A stretch of 64,000 bases of DNA, taken from Rhynchopus sp. YZ270_cl-10 (lineage: Eukaryota). Where the stretch lies: contig OZ037833.1 in NCBI GenBank assembly GCA_964035575.1, positions 1,612,001 through 1,676,000 on the forward strand. The letters are read 5' to 3'. Shown here piece by piece: positions 1 through 11,641 of this stretch (its first letter is position 1; every line of letters begins with the position of its first letter). A model generated the notes under the pieces. That model saw nothing but the letters and a program-made list of their open reading frames with translations, was not told where the DNA came from and did no database searches. A program made the position numbers and the translations under genes.

Positions 1-2512
1 GACGTGGGCCCACTGAAGTCCTCGCACCCAGGAGTTTAGTGCATGCCAAAGGTCTTCGTTGTGTTTCCACTGTTGACGGACGCTCTCGTAGCTGTAGACT
101 GGGAGATGTACCTGTCTGGGCTGGGGTGAGGACCAGCCCCACGGAAAGCTCTGCAGCCGGTGGTGTCTGGCAGATTCTTCGGGGCGGTCGGCACGGATCT
201 GTCGCTCTTTTACCACCTCCACAAAGAAGCGTTGGAGACTCCTGACGATGAAGCGTCTGTCGTCCGAGTTTTGCGGTAGCGCATTGTCCCCTTGTCGGAA
301 GGCTGGGGCCACCCCACATATCGACAGGCAATTTGGCCAATTGGTTCGATCCTGCGATGTGATGCTGTGCCTGGCTCGCACCGACGACCACGCCTGGCAG
401 TCCCACCAAAGATGCTCAACCGTCTCTCGTTCGCCAGACACGCAATAGGGGCAAGATGTTGTGCTGAGGCCTGAGCGGCCCGTGGTGTTCACCGCACCCG
501 CGATGACTGATCTGAGAATGCCTTTCTGGTAGCCGGTTAACTCGTTAGCAGAGTCCTCTAACAGGTGCCTGGTTGTGTGGCCATCGACACCATGCTGCAG
601 GCCTTCGAAGTCGGGGCGCCTGTTAGCCATTTTTGAGAGTATCTCCGTACGGAGGAAGTGGCGGGCTTCTGCCTCCATTCCTGCCACTTGCTTGTCTGTG
701 AGCGTACTCAGCTCCAAGGTAGCAGCGTCACCTGCCTCGTTCACAAAGCTAATCGACGTTGGAGACTGCCATGTCCAGCCGAGTGCTCGCAGGGTGAGCG
801 AGATGAGATGGAATGGGCCACATGTCAGAGAGTCTCTATTCTGCCAAGCGGCTGTAGCGAGGGGTCTGCAACTTGCCTTTCTCATTTGTTTGGCCCATGC
901 TCTTAGCCTGTGGAGGTGCAAGACCATGGAAGGGTCCATGCGATGTCCGTGTTGCAGGACGTGCAGTACAACTTCTGGCGCCCTTCTGTTGGTACCCGTC
1001 CACACCGCCGCTGTGAACTTTGTCGTGAGGTTTTTCTGCTCTTTGGGGGACATGTACGTTGTGGAGGCAGCGTAGTAGCACTTCGACCCCGCACTCATGG
1101 ACGCCACGTGGTCTCGGTGCTGAACTGGGGTGGGGAGGGATTTCACCCTTCGGAGGTTCTCAACTGCAGTTTCACGCCTCTTTGCAATGCGGTCTGAGAC
1201 GGGCAGGTTGTCCACATCCTGTGTTGGCTTCGCATGCACCATCGCACCCGTGCAGTCGAAGCTGTTTCGCTCTGGAAGGAAGATGGGTGGGGACTGACTT
1301 ACCAAACACCGTGAGAGGGAGTCGTAGGCTTTGAGTTCGCATGGGGGGGTGTCGCAAGTCGAGAAGGTGTGCGACTTTGACGTGCTGATTGCCATTTGGG
1401 TCTTCTGCGAGAAGATGACAGTACGGTCGGTGATGTCCTGCTGCAGCTCATGTGTGCTGGCAGTCGCGTAGATGTCATCGACATAAGAAGCGGCCTCGGC
1501 CCCCCGACTCTCCACATCCCGCATCCAGACGCTGACTACGATGTTGATCAGGATAACGCTAAGCGGGCACCCCTGCATGATGCCATTCGTGGGGACGAAT
1601 GGTTGCCCTATGGAGCCATTGCACTTGAAATGCCTGGTCATTCTAGCGTAAGCCTCTCGTAGCGTGGTTAGCACCACTTCGTTGAATCCCAGCCGCGCCG
1701 CAAGCTGAAATGTGATCTCTATCGGCACTGTGTCAAAGCACTTTTGGAAGTCGATAGCGACTCCGTACATATCGCCCTCAGACAGATGCGCGCATTCCAG
1801 CTGGGCTGCTAGGTGCCAGTACAGGTCCTCTGTGCCGTGTTTGGGCCTGCACCCGTGCAGCCCCTCGGGGGCCAGCTTCTCAAGCCAAGGGAAAGCCGAT
1901 TTCGCACGCACCGACGCCCAGACCCGGTACAAAACAGCCGTGATCGTGATAGGGCGTTGTGACAGGGGGTTTGCATCGCTTTCAGGTTTGGGAATGAGAG
2001 GTACTAGGGCCTGCATGAGGTCTTCCGGCCACACACCGTCGCGTTCGATCGCATTCAAACCTTCCGCCAGTAGTGCGAGCACGCTGTCCGGCAGCTGCTG
2101 CAGCTCAAAGGCCCTCCAACCATGCATACCCGGGGATGTAGTGCGCTTCAATCTACCAATAGCTGAACGCACGTCGTCCACAGTGATTTGCTCGCACTCC
2201 ATGGGCTCTCTGTGTGGGAGTATCGTTTCGTACGTGTCAAGAAATTCATTCCAGCTGGGTTCAGGTGAATCAACGTATCGGCGGAAAATTCCACCCCAAG
2301 CTTCGTTGTCCAGGAGAAGGGTATCGATTTTCTTTGGGTCCGCTGTGAGCGTGCCATCATGTTGCCTCATGAACGCAGCTGGCGTTGTGAAGCGATCTGC
2401 GACGAAGTCGAAAACCATTCCTTGGCCTTTACACCCTGCGTAGGCGTTCTGCATCACCTGCTTCCATTGCAGGCTGCGCTGGCTCTTAAGGGCTAGGAAG
2501 GCCTCCTTATTG
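1..2512 (-). mobile_element. 5'-truncated non-LTR retrotransposon (LINE) ORF: reverse transcriptase + CCHC zinc finger; runs off the left window edge
   Basis: Manual minus-strand translation gives RT motifs VAIDFQKCFDTV (~1720-1760), GIMQGCPLSVIL (~1550-1585) and YVDD (1474-1485), then CPYC-x5-ETVEHLWWDC (~397-453). All anchors checked are in one frame, and the ORF track lists no stop-terminated ORF in that frame. No endonuclease domain is present upstream; the element starts ~25 nt after the stop of the neighbouring gene. Confidence 0.92.
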
Positions 2513-2536
2513 GATCCGGATTTGTGTTGTGTTGTG

Positions 2537-3265
2537 TTATGACCTACCCCTCCGCCATACCTCAGAAAATTCATCCTTGAACTCACTCGCCTCCCCCCTC
2601 AACCCAAACTCTTGGGAACGCCCCACCACTCCACCCTTTCTGCTTCTGAGGCTGAGCTTTGATCTGTGCACCAGAGACTTTGCTTTGATTTCGAGCACCG
2701 CTTTGCGGGCTTCGTCTAAAGTCTTGCCTGTCTCCGCCATGATCTTGGCCAGTCGCCCTGTGGATTGGTTGCCACCGACGAGGACTTCTTTGGCGTACAT
2801 CTGGGTTGTGTTTGTGAGGGCGTAGGGGTTGTCCTTCATGGAGAGACGGCGGAGATCGCCTAGGGACATTCCCTTGCGGAGGTGGAGCATCTTGCGTACC
2901 ACGGTGTCGTCTCTGCCGTGCTTCACGAAGTTGTGTGCCTCCTCGAATTCACTGACGGAGTGGCGTACTGCATCCTGGAAGCGCTTCCGCCACTTCTTCA
3001 GCTCCGGTGCATATGCAGTGAGCTCGTAGGTCAGCCCCTGTGAGCGTGTGTCCTCAGTCAGTACAATAGGCTTTCGGCTGTTTGTGTAAGGGTTTCGTAT
3101 CTTCCGCCGTGTACGCCAAAACCCCACTCTCGTCGCATGTCTCGCCTGCAGTGCACCCACCGCCCCCTTCTGCAGCGGTGTCGCGCGTACCGCATTGTTG
3201 GTGCTGCTTGCAACCATAGACGTCCCGCATCCTGCACTGCGGAGTGTCAACTTCGCACCAAACAT
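2537..3265 (-). CDS. Hypothetical basic protein (242 aa), probably mitochondrion-targeted
   Basis: ORF from MFGAKLTLRSAG... The N-terminus is Arg/Ser/Ala-rich and lacks acidic residues, like a presequence. The upstream in-frame extension is low-complexity UTR-like sequence. Confidence 0.7.
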   Translation of the reverse strand: MFGAKLTLRSAGCGTSMVASSTNNAVRATPLQKGAVGALQARHATRVGFWRTRRKIRNPYTNSRKPIVLTEDTRSQGLTYELTAYAPELKKWRKRFQDAVRHSVSEFEEAHNFVKHGRDDTVVRKMLHLRKGMSLGDLRRLSMKDNPYALTNTTQMYAKEVLVGGNQSTGRLAKIMAETGKTLDEARKAVLEIKAKSLVHRSKLSLRSRKGGVVGRSQEFGLRGEASEFKDEFSEVWRRGRS

Positions 3266-3397
3266 TGTATTGTTGGGTGTACCCTGGGGTGGTGGGTGTG
3301 GTGGGGGGTGGGGTGGGATTGTAGAGTGAAAGGGAGTGTGTTTTGGTTCTAGACAATGTTCTAAAAGTTGAGAGAAAAAATACAAAAATGGCGTGGA

Positions 3398-5008
3398 TTA
3401 GTCTGGGGGGCGGGACAGCTCTGACACCCATGCGGTGGGCATGAGGAAGGAGCTCTTCTGTGCGGCAAGCTGCTTCTGCTGAGAGACAAGCGCGTCGAGG
3501 CGCGACGCCATGGGGGTGACCTGCGTTGCGACGGTGACGCTGTCCTGAGCGTCGAGGAGGGCAGCCTTGCGCATCATGGCCTCACTCCCTGCACGACCTC
3601 TGTTCTTCAACATACGCGGCGAGTCCATGTCGGTCCCCACGCTGGCGTCACTCTTCCCATCGTCCACACCTAGCCGCGTTGTAGGTGGCGGTGTCACAGC
3701 AGGAAACCTCTGCAACCGTGTTGGTGGTGTCTGCACATCTGCTCCACGCTGCATCACCACCTTCATGACAAACGGTGATGCTGTCGTTGCAGTTGTCCCC
3801 TGAGTCTGTGCTGCCCACACAGGAGACTCCTCGCCATGAGATACAAGACGTGGTGAAGGGATTGGCTGCGGTGGTGGCGGTGGTGGTGGTGGTGTCATCG
3901 CCACCGTCTCGTTCCGCAGATGTGCCGGAGGTGGCCCTAACGCAGCGGGCGATACAGAGTGCGCGCCCTGCGCGTGGCACAGCTCCTTGAGTGCGCTGAG
4001 CTGCCGGGTGGCGTCGTCATGCTGCATCCTCAGCACCGCGTGCTCGCGCTTCTCAAGGGCAAGCTGTTGTTTGACGGACGTAAGGGTTTCCTCCTCTCGA
4101 GCAGGGGAATACCCTGTGCGCACCATTAAAAGGGAAAGCTCGTTTTGTTCGGTCCGGGATGCTAGCAACTTAGACGTCTGTGTAAGGTCGGCAACCTGCT
4201 TTTTGAGGTCCTCAATGGTAGCCTTCTGGTGTCGGGAAAGCGAGTCGAGTGTGCCGTGCTGCTGCTGTGCGACTGCGAGCTGGCGGGCCAGCTCCCTGGA
4301 GCGTGCGTTAGCGACGTCGACCTCGGCCTTGCTCTCATCCAGCTTCTCGACTGCAGTGTCGCAGAGGGAGAGGCGCATCTCCAGCTGTGCGGCGCGTGTC
4401 TGCAGCGAGCCTGCGTCTGTCGAGGATGCGCTGAGCATGTTGTCCTTCTGCTCCCTCAGCGCTTCGGTCTCCTTTCTGAGCTGCGCAACGTCGCGTTTCA
4501 ACATCGCGTTTTCATGCTCGAGGACGCTCTTCTGATGCTCGATGCCGCCTTTGGAGGAGAGCTCGCGTGCAATGCGTTCACTGCTTTCTGCGAGGAGACG
4601 TTCACACTCGTCTGCACGGCTCCGCTCGCTTGCGGTCTGCGTACGGAGGGAGGACAACGCCTGCTCTGAGACACGCAGTTTGGACCGCAGCTCTGCAAGC
4701 TCCACCAGCGCCGCCTCTTGCAGGGCTACCTCCGCCTCAGCACTCTCCGCTCGTGTTTCGACACGCTTCATCTTTGTCTCCCAAGCGTCTCGTCGCGACC
4801 GCTCCGCGACCACATCCTCCTCAAGCTTGCCCACCTTCATGCGCTCCCGCTCTGCCGCCCGCTGATGCCGTTCCACCTCCCGCCCCAGCTGCTCCATGTC
4901 GCGGTGCTTCTCCTCCAACAGCTTCTCCAGAGAGTGGATGCGTTGCCTCTCCACAGCGTCCTTTCTGTTCTCCACGCCCCTCTCCACGTCTCCCCACATC
5001 GAAGACAT
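3398..5008 (-). CDS. Long coiled-coil protein with Pro-rich C-terminal region (~536 aa)
   Basis: ORF from MSSMWGDVERG; E/K/R/Q/L heptad-rich for ~330 aa, then polyproline. Confidence 0.8.
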   Translation of the reverse strand: MSSMWGDVERGVENRKDAVERQRIHSLEKLLEEKHRDMEQLGREVERHQRAAERERMKVGKLEEDVVAERSRRDAWETKMKRVETRAESAEAEVALQEAALVELAELRSKLRVSEQALSSLRTQTASERSRADECERLLAESSERIARELSSKGGIEHQKSVLEHENAMLKRDVAQLRKETEALREQKDNMLSASSTDAGSLQTRAAQLEMRLSLCDTAVEKLDESKAEVDVANARSRELARQLAVAQQQHGTLDSLSRHQKATIEDLKKQVADLTQTSKLLASRTEQNELSLLMVRTGYSPAREEETLTSVKQQLALEKREHAVLRMQHDDATRQLSALKELCHAQGAHSVSPAALGPPPAHLRNETVAMTPPPPPPPPQPIPSPRLVSHGEESPVWAAQTQGTTATTASPFVMKVVMQRGADVQTPPTRLQRFPAVTPPPTTRLGVDDGKSDASVGTDMDSPRMLKNRGRAGSEAMMRKAALLDAQDSVTVATQVTPMASRLDALVSQQKQLAAQKSSFLMPTAWVSELSRPPD

Positions 5009-5939
5009 AACAAAGGGGTGTGGGTGTACCTCTGTAGGGCTACGATTCACTACGCAAAAATGAATGATAATTAAGAGAACCAATTTCCTCAAATTTTCTC
5101 GAACAGAAGAGAAGAGATGACACCTGTCCTACTTTACAATCCAGAGGTGTTGAGGAAGATACAAACCATGACAAAAGGCTGAGAGGGGGGGGAAATGGTG
5201 ACGGTAAAAAAGTCTGCTTTTTTAATAGAAACAAAGTTGAAGCTGGTGCAAAAAAAAAAAAAAAACGCCTCTGGGGATGGCAGTGTTGACACCCCATCGG
5301 TTATTGAACCCCAGGAGGTGCTATTAAGGAAAAGAAAAGAAAAATGGGTGAAGTTGAGGGGGGGGAATAGGGTACCTCTTGAAGGAAACCTAAACTTCAA
5401 AGGAAAAAGAAAAAGAAAAAAGAAAAAGGTGAAAGTAAGCCCTCAAGTGCTTTTCGTCACCTTTTGAGATAAAAACAGGGTTTGGTAAGATGAACCTAAG
5501 CCTCTCTGTGCTTGGTCAAAAAATGGTGTCCTCTACAGACACGAAGGAAGAACAAAGCGAAGGCCTCAGAGGGGGTGAGGACCTGCGTAGAAAATAAAAT
5601 CAAAAAAAAAGTCAAGGTTAAAAAAAAAAATGGGAAGGAATAAGTAAGATAAACGGGAGGAAACGGTGCCCAAAGACATCTCAACATCTCAACTGAAGAG
5701 AAAGCTTGTATGGGGAACGGGCCGTCCAGGGGTTTGTTTTGTTTTGTTTTTTGTTTTTGTGTGGTTGGTTTTGTTACAAAAAAAAAATTGTTTGTAAGAT
5801 GAATGCCTCTCTCATACACAAAAAGGGGGTAGAAAGGTAGGTTATAAAATCTCGGGGAAGGGTGCGTCATGTCACACATCGATAGGGGGTTTTTGTTGTT
5901 TTGAAAAAATATTGGTTTTTTTTGAAAACTTGGTTGTAT

Positions 5940-5970
5940 TAGTGTAGACACCCGAGGATGAACTCCACTA
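5940..5970 (-). repeat. Hairpin family 3, copy 1 (second copy 10737-10767)
   Basis: AAAACTTGGTT..AGTGTA(A)GACACCCGAGGATGAACTCCACTA is near-identical at both loci. The minus strand folds as AGUG..CAUC-CUCG-GGUG..CACU. Confidence 0.8.
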
Positions 5971-7059
5971 GTTTTTTTGTTAGACATTGGAGGGTGGGTC
6001 CGCTGTACTATTTTTTTTTCGTGTAATACAAATTGCCAAAAGACACAAAAAGAGAGAGAGAGACAATAGTTCACAAAGTTACTAAAGAATAGCACAAAGG
6101 GAAGTTATGGTCGGGGAGGAGGGGGAGGCAGAGGTTGGCAGTACTGTGTATTCATTATAGATTATTACCCGAAATGCAACATAGCCTCTAGAGACTATAT
6201 TCTGATACATTCCGACGGTATAAACACATGAAAGCACACAATGTGGCCATTATCTTGAGGGGTTTGGTGTTGTGCAAAAAATGACATTATCTCGCTGGGC
6301 TACTAGAGAATTGATAATCTTGAATTGTTGTGAAGTTTTTTTTTCCTAACACGTAGTGTATTAAGAAACTAGACAAAAAAGAACCGCCAACGTTCAGATC
6401 TTGTATAACAGTATTTTCCCTTGAATCCTTTCACCTTTGCGCCAAACAGATTTTTACTCCTATTTGGCTGCGTTCAACGAAAAAATACTGTTATATATTT
6501 TTGTTATCAAGATCAGTTGGATGATATCGTCTAGTTTTGACTTCTTTACCTTTTAAAGGGAACAGACAAGAGACGTGTGTCTTTTTTTTTTTCTTCTAGA
6601 CATCGCTTCTGTTGTAGCTTTTCCGAAAAAAAGTACAAAATTGCATTTTGGGGAGTGTCTTTGTTATTTTGGATAAACTTTACCAATGGGATTGAAAACA
6701 AAAAAGAGAGAAAAAAGATGAACGGCGGCCTCTCAACGGCCGCAATACATCACAGCACATTTTGTGTGTAATATTTTAACATTTTTTTTTGTTGGAAATT
6801 TTAGAAATTGCACAAAAAATAAAGGGGAAAAGTTGAACATACAAACGCCTCTACGGTCGTTGGATATTGCATGACTTTGTCTCCCTCGGGATATAAACTC
6901 TCGTCTGATTTTGCGTTTATAGCTGTAAAAAAGAGTGATACAAAGTAGGCTTTACGTCACGTATTTTGGCTTAAAGAAGGTATCACGACATAAAGCATTA
7001 TGTTGTAACATAAAACACTTTATCATCACGCAGGTGTCCACACTAAAAACAACTCACAA

Positions 7060-7370
7060 AAGACGACTGATCGAGGTGTACGAGGCTGAATCATCTGGCC
7101 TGCGCTCCAAGGAGGGCTACGCCAAACGCTGGGTTCAGTTGATGAACTGGTGCAAACTGAAGCGGCCCGGCAGCCTGCGTGAGGAACACTTGGTGCTCTA
7201 CTTTTCGTTCTGGAAACGGCAGAGTCACAGCAGCCTCATCCATCTGGACGATCTACGCCATTGAACCATCAGGCGATCCTACCCCCCAGAGGCTGCGCAG
7301 TGTCCCACATCACCATGCTCAAGGCATAAAGCCCGGCAGACGTCGAGCAATTTCGGCAAGATGTTGATAC
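7060..7370 (+). pseudogene. Frameshifted remnant resembling the N-terminal (core-binding) region of Crypton-type tyrosine recombinases
   Basis: RSKEGYAKRWVQLMNWC...EEHLVLYFSF followed, after a frameshift, by AASSIWTIYAI. This resembles the recalled pattern KS..Y...W..F..W....E..LL.YF......STLW..YS. No catalytic R-H-R-Y domain is seen. Confidence 0.5.
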
Positions 7371-7965
7371 GGACAACGTCCGTTACTGGCAGGTCCGCAA
7401 AGCTGCAGTCTCGGTCCCATCATGGGAGGTCTGAGAGCTGCGGAAATGCGGGCCTGAGATGAACGATATTGTAGAAACAGGGGAAGGCTCTGTGTTCTAT
7501 TCGAGACACAAAAAAAAAACAAGCAACAATCGAGGCCAGCAGTGCTGTCGCTGAGTTTTGAAAAAAAATTTAATAGGTAGGGCACTGGTAGGGCAGGCCA
7601 AAAAAAAACCCGCAAAAAAAAGTCCCGAGCTTTCCCCCCGTAAAAGCGGTCGCTGCGCGCGCTTCGCGCGCGCGACTCCCTGCCAGTGCAAGAAGGTGAG
7701 GCTCTTTCTCCCCTCTGATGCACAAAATCGTGAAAGGCGGGTGGGGAGGGTGAACCACAAGCCGTAGTGGGTGTCAGCTGTCGTATCAGTAACCTCAGTA
7801 GATCTATAAAAGAACCACGGCAACCAAAGGTTCCAGGCGAAGCCACGGTATTTCTAAAAAATGTTGCCATAAAGTAGCGCCGTTCGTAATTAACGTCAGT
7901 TTCCGTAAAGGTTACTTATGGGGTGTTCCGGGGTATGGAATTTTGGGAATTTTCATTTCAATTCA

Positions 7966-8093
7966 CAACTTTTCACAACTCTTCACAAAAAAGTGCGTGT
8001 GAAGAGTTGTGAAGAGTTGTGAAGAGTTGTGAAAAGTTGTGAAAAGTTGTGAAGAGTTGTGAACAGTTGTGAACAGTTGTGAACAGTTGTGAC
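7966..8093. repeat. Decamer tandem array GTGAA(G/A/C)AGTT (~9 copies) with inverted copies; related arrays at ~8985-9021, 9055-9092 and 9113-9150
   Basis: Directly visible: gaagagttgt/gaaaagttgt/gaacagttgt repeats and reverse-complement aactcttcac repeats inside the element. Confidence 0.95.
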
Positions 8094-10973
8094 GTGGCGA
8101 GGTCTGGGTGGTGCCTGGGCACCCACCTACCCAGGTAGGTACAGGGCACCTTGGCGGACGTTGTTTGGCAACACAGGCGGTTCTGTGTGCAAAAAGTGCT
8201 TAAAACGGTGTGGCTGACCCGACAATTTGGGCCCTTTCGGACCACGTGTTTTTAGGTGTTTTTTTCAACTTTTTAATCGGTTTGCATTTTTGGGATCCGC
8301 CCGTGCAGTGGTGGGGTCAATGTTGAAAATTGGACAATTTTATGACCACTTAAATTTTTGGAAAATATGAGCCCGGTCATTAATAGGCGGGGCCATTTTC
8401 GGATAAAATTGTCCCCAAAATCCGGTTTGGCTTCAACACTAAACGAGGAGCACTCGTCAAGCTCTCGAAACTATGAGGAGGGCCCTGGAGGCTCTCGACC
8501 CAAGGGAGTTGACAGGTCTTGTGGGTGGGCCTTGGGAGCGTTGAAACCTTCTTTCCCCTCTGACAAAAAACTGGGGACAGCAGCAAGGGATCACCCACTT
8601 TTCGAAGTGGGTGTCGTCGTATCTAGTATAGTCTCCCGTTTAGACCCCAGCTCAGAGCAAGCAAAACAGGTCACCCCTGGCAAAAATAGCACCAAAACTT
8701 TTCTGGCGAAGCCAAGGTGCGCAACATTTCGGGTAGACCTGCGGGCTACCACTCGGAATTTTTAGCTGCCGCAGGCGCACGGTACGCTACTTTTTTATGA
8801 GTTGCGAACATGTTGAAAAAAAAAGACAACAAGCGAACTAGCCGCGGACTTCCGTCGTCCTCCTCGCACAGGGGGTGGGGTGGTACGGCCAACTTGACCC
8901 ACGGACCCACGCTAGCTAGCCCTGTGCACAGCACACTTGACCTGACCAGTCCTGCAAAAAAAGCCCCCCTTTTTTTTAATCCAATTCACAACTCTTCACA
9001 ACTGTTCACAACTCTTCACAACATCTGTGTTTTTTTCATCCAAATTTTCATTTCAATTCACAACTCTTCACAACTTTTCACAACTCTTCACATAAAAATG
9101 GCAAATACTATGTTGTGAAAACTTGTGAAAAGTTGTGAAAACTTGTGAACGTGCCCAAAATTCCACACCCCGGAACACCCCAACTTACGTATTTTTCTAA
9201 AAACGAAAGTTTCTGGCGAAGCCACGGTACGCAACATTTCAAAAAAAATGCGCTTAAAATTGCACCATGTCATGGGAAGGGTGCATTGCAAGCTTGCGCC
9301 GCAGGCGCACGGTACGCTACTTTTTTTTCTTCCGCCATGCTGCATGCTTCCTTTTCCTTCGGTGTTTGACCAATTGAGTCGCGTTCTGGTCTCCCACGGT
9401 CGATGAAACGATGAGAAAAAAAACGCCAAAAACTCGTAACGATGGTTAGCAAAATGCCTGCCGAACCCCTCCTCAAAAAAATAAAATAAAATAAAAAAAT
9501 CCTGGTAGGGCAGGAGGGCGGACCTTGCCCTACCAGGAAAAAAAACCAAATTTAATAGGTATGGCGAATGCCATACCAGCCTGATCAGGCACGACAGCAC
9601 TGGAGGCCAGGCAACAAAGGTGGGGGATAGGAGGGAGGGGACAATACCATTCAACAGATCGAGTTCGAGGGCGCCCACCAAGTGGGAGACCAAATGGGTA
9701 GCCTTCAAAGTCGGATTGTCAGCCAACGCCTCCTTCACACACGATCTCCTTCTCCCTACACCCACATCACCAGCAGGAATCCCATACGAATAAGCTCTAC
9801 GTCACTCTCCTACCTTCCCAAGCCAAAAATATGTGACGTAAGCCTACTTTGTATCATTTTTTTTACAGCTAAAAACGCAAAATCAGACAGAGAGTTTATA
9901 TCCCGAGGAGATAAAATATCGTATTGCATTTCTGAAAAAGCGCACTTCACATAACTCGGGAGCATATGGTGCCGAGTTGCATATTTATGACACCTTGCTT
10001 GTCTCATGCATCAAAGCTTTCAACTCAGAACCATATTTGCTCCCTCGTAATGATAAAGTACACTTTACATCATTACAATACATAGTTATTTCAGGTTGAA
10101 GTGGTGAGGGGATGTTTGATAACGTGCTCGAACCTCGTTCAGCTCAGGTACATATCAAAAAAAAGTTGACTTTGCACAAAGCCTTCTTCGTGATAGTGTA
10201 CCTCAAAAAAAGAGCGTTCATATTTACCACTGTTTTTCTACTTTTTCGGCCACGTTTAGCTTCAGTTTAGAGTCATCATTTCAAGAGCAGGTGGAGGGAC
10301 TTTCCTAGACGTGATCTGTTAGTCGCGAGGGTTAGTATCGCATTCCGCCACAGTACAGGATCACTGGAGCTATGTATCATCTACAGATGATATTGCAGCC
10401 CCCCCCCCATTGCAGTACTGCTCAAAACAAAAACAAAAACGATAGACCCCTTTTTCGCCTTTTTTTGCGGGACACTAAAAACTGTTCACCGCCTTTTACC
10501 GTGAAATAAAAGAGAGAGAAAAAATAAACCCTTCACTTCGAGAAGAGGCTCCTGCCCTATGGGCGTACTTTTTAGCACAAAAAATGGGGTAGAAAAAATG
10601 GGGAAACAGAGGGAGCTATTTGAAAGGGAGATAGAGTTTGGGTGGACACTCTTTGACCACTCAGTTTCAATTTTTTTTGGACGCCTCCGTCACGTTTTTC
10701 TCCTTTTTTTTTTTTTTTGAAAACTTGGTTTGTATCAGTGTAAGACACCCGAGGATGAACTCCACTATACACTTTTTTTTTTGCGTTATTATTTCCTGTT
10801 CATTTATTTCAAAGAAAAAAATTATCAGAGGAACATACTGTGCTAAGTTAGAAGGGGTGTGTTGCAACACAGCATTGAACAGAGAAGATTTAATACACAA
10901 AAAAAAATCGACGTTGATAAAAAGAGCCTAAACCTCGCATGCTTGGTCACCTTTAACACATGGAGGCGATGTG

Positions 10974-11004
<31 letters not shown>

Positions 11005-11641
11005 TTTTGCTTCGAAGCGTATCGGTGTTAGTTTACAAAAATAAACAGAGAGAAAAAAAAAGAAGATTTATAAAGATGAATGTGCCTCTCATGCCGTGCG
11101 CACACACCTTCAGGTTAAATTCTCAGAATCTACTTAAGGAAAAAGAAATTCGGTTGCTCGTTGTCTTCACCAATAAGCGAACCAAAGGGAATTGGTTGGG
11201 CCAGATAAAAACAAAATAAATGAAAAATTTTGAAAAGAAAAATTGATGAACCATATGGGCCCATCCTAAAGTAATAGCATCACAAGACTAAAGGTCGAGA
11301 ACAATAAAAGGCACAAAAAAAAGGGGATGGAAATTATTTTTTGCCAAAAAACAGAGCTGTTTTTTTTCTTCATGTGCGGCAAAAAAACACACAATAAATC
11401 AAAGAAAAAGTTTATAAGATGAACCTAAGCCGTGCTTAATCACCTTTGATCAAATAATTGGACAAAAAAAATGCCCACAACCCCTCAACAAAGCGCGTCA
11501 AAACGTTGAGCAACCTTGATGGGGGTGAGGGGAGAAAATGCATTTACCGGAGAAACAAAAAAAATATGGGGAAAAGACACCGGGGGAAAAGGACAAAATG
11601 CCTCCCGGAGGCACAGCACACTACAGTGAATATACTACTTT

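Larger units (their letters stand above)
6873..9921. mobile_element. Non-autonomous DNA element with ~110-bp terminal/subterminal inverted repeats, 8-bp flanking direct repeat TATTGCAT and a tyrosine-recombinase-like remnant (Crypton-like)
   Basis: 6873-6982 is an imperfect reverse complement of 9811-9921. TATTGCAT lies at 6865-6872 and 9922-9929. The interior holds nested inverted and direct repeats and decamer arrays. Confidence 0.85.

Noticed and set aside
575..2443. Plus-strand ORFs of 166 and 243 aa
   Set aside because: They are antisense shadows of the LINE RT frame on the minus strand.
7998..8093. Regular repeat array considered as CRISPR or telomeric repeat
   Set aside because: Head-to-tail 10-mers with no unique spacers, no cas genes, and not TTAGGG-like.
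8358..9765. ORFs of 135 and 225 aa inside the 3-kb element
   Set aside because: They cross repeat arrays and homopolymer runs with no transposase or recombinase motifs. The 9600-9780 part might be a coding relic but is unassignable.
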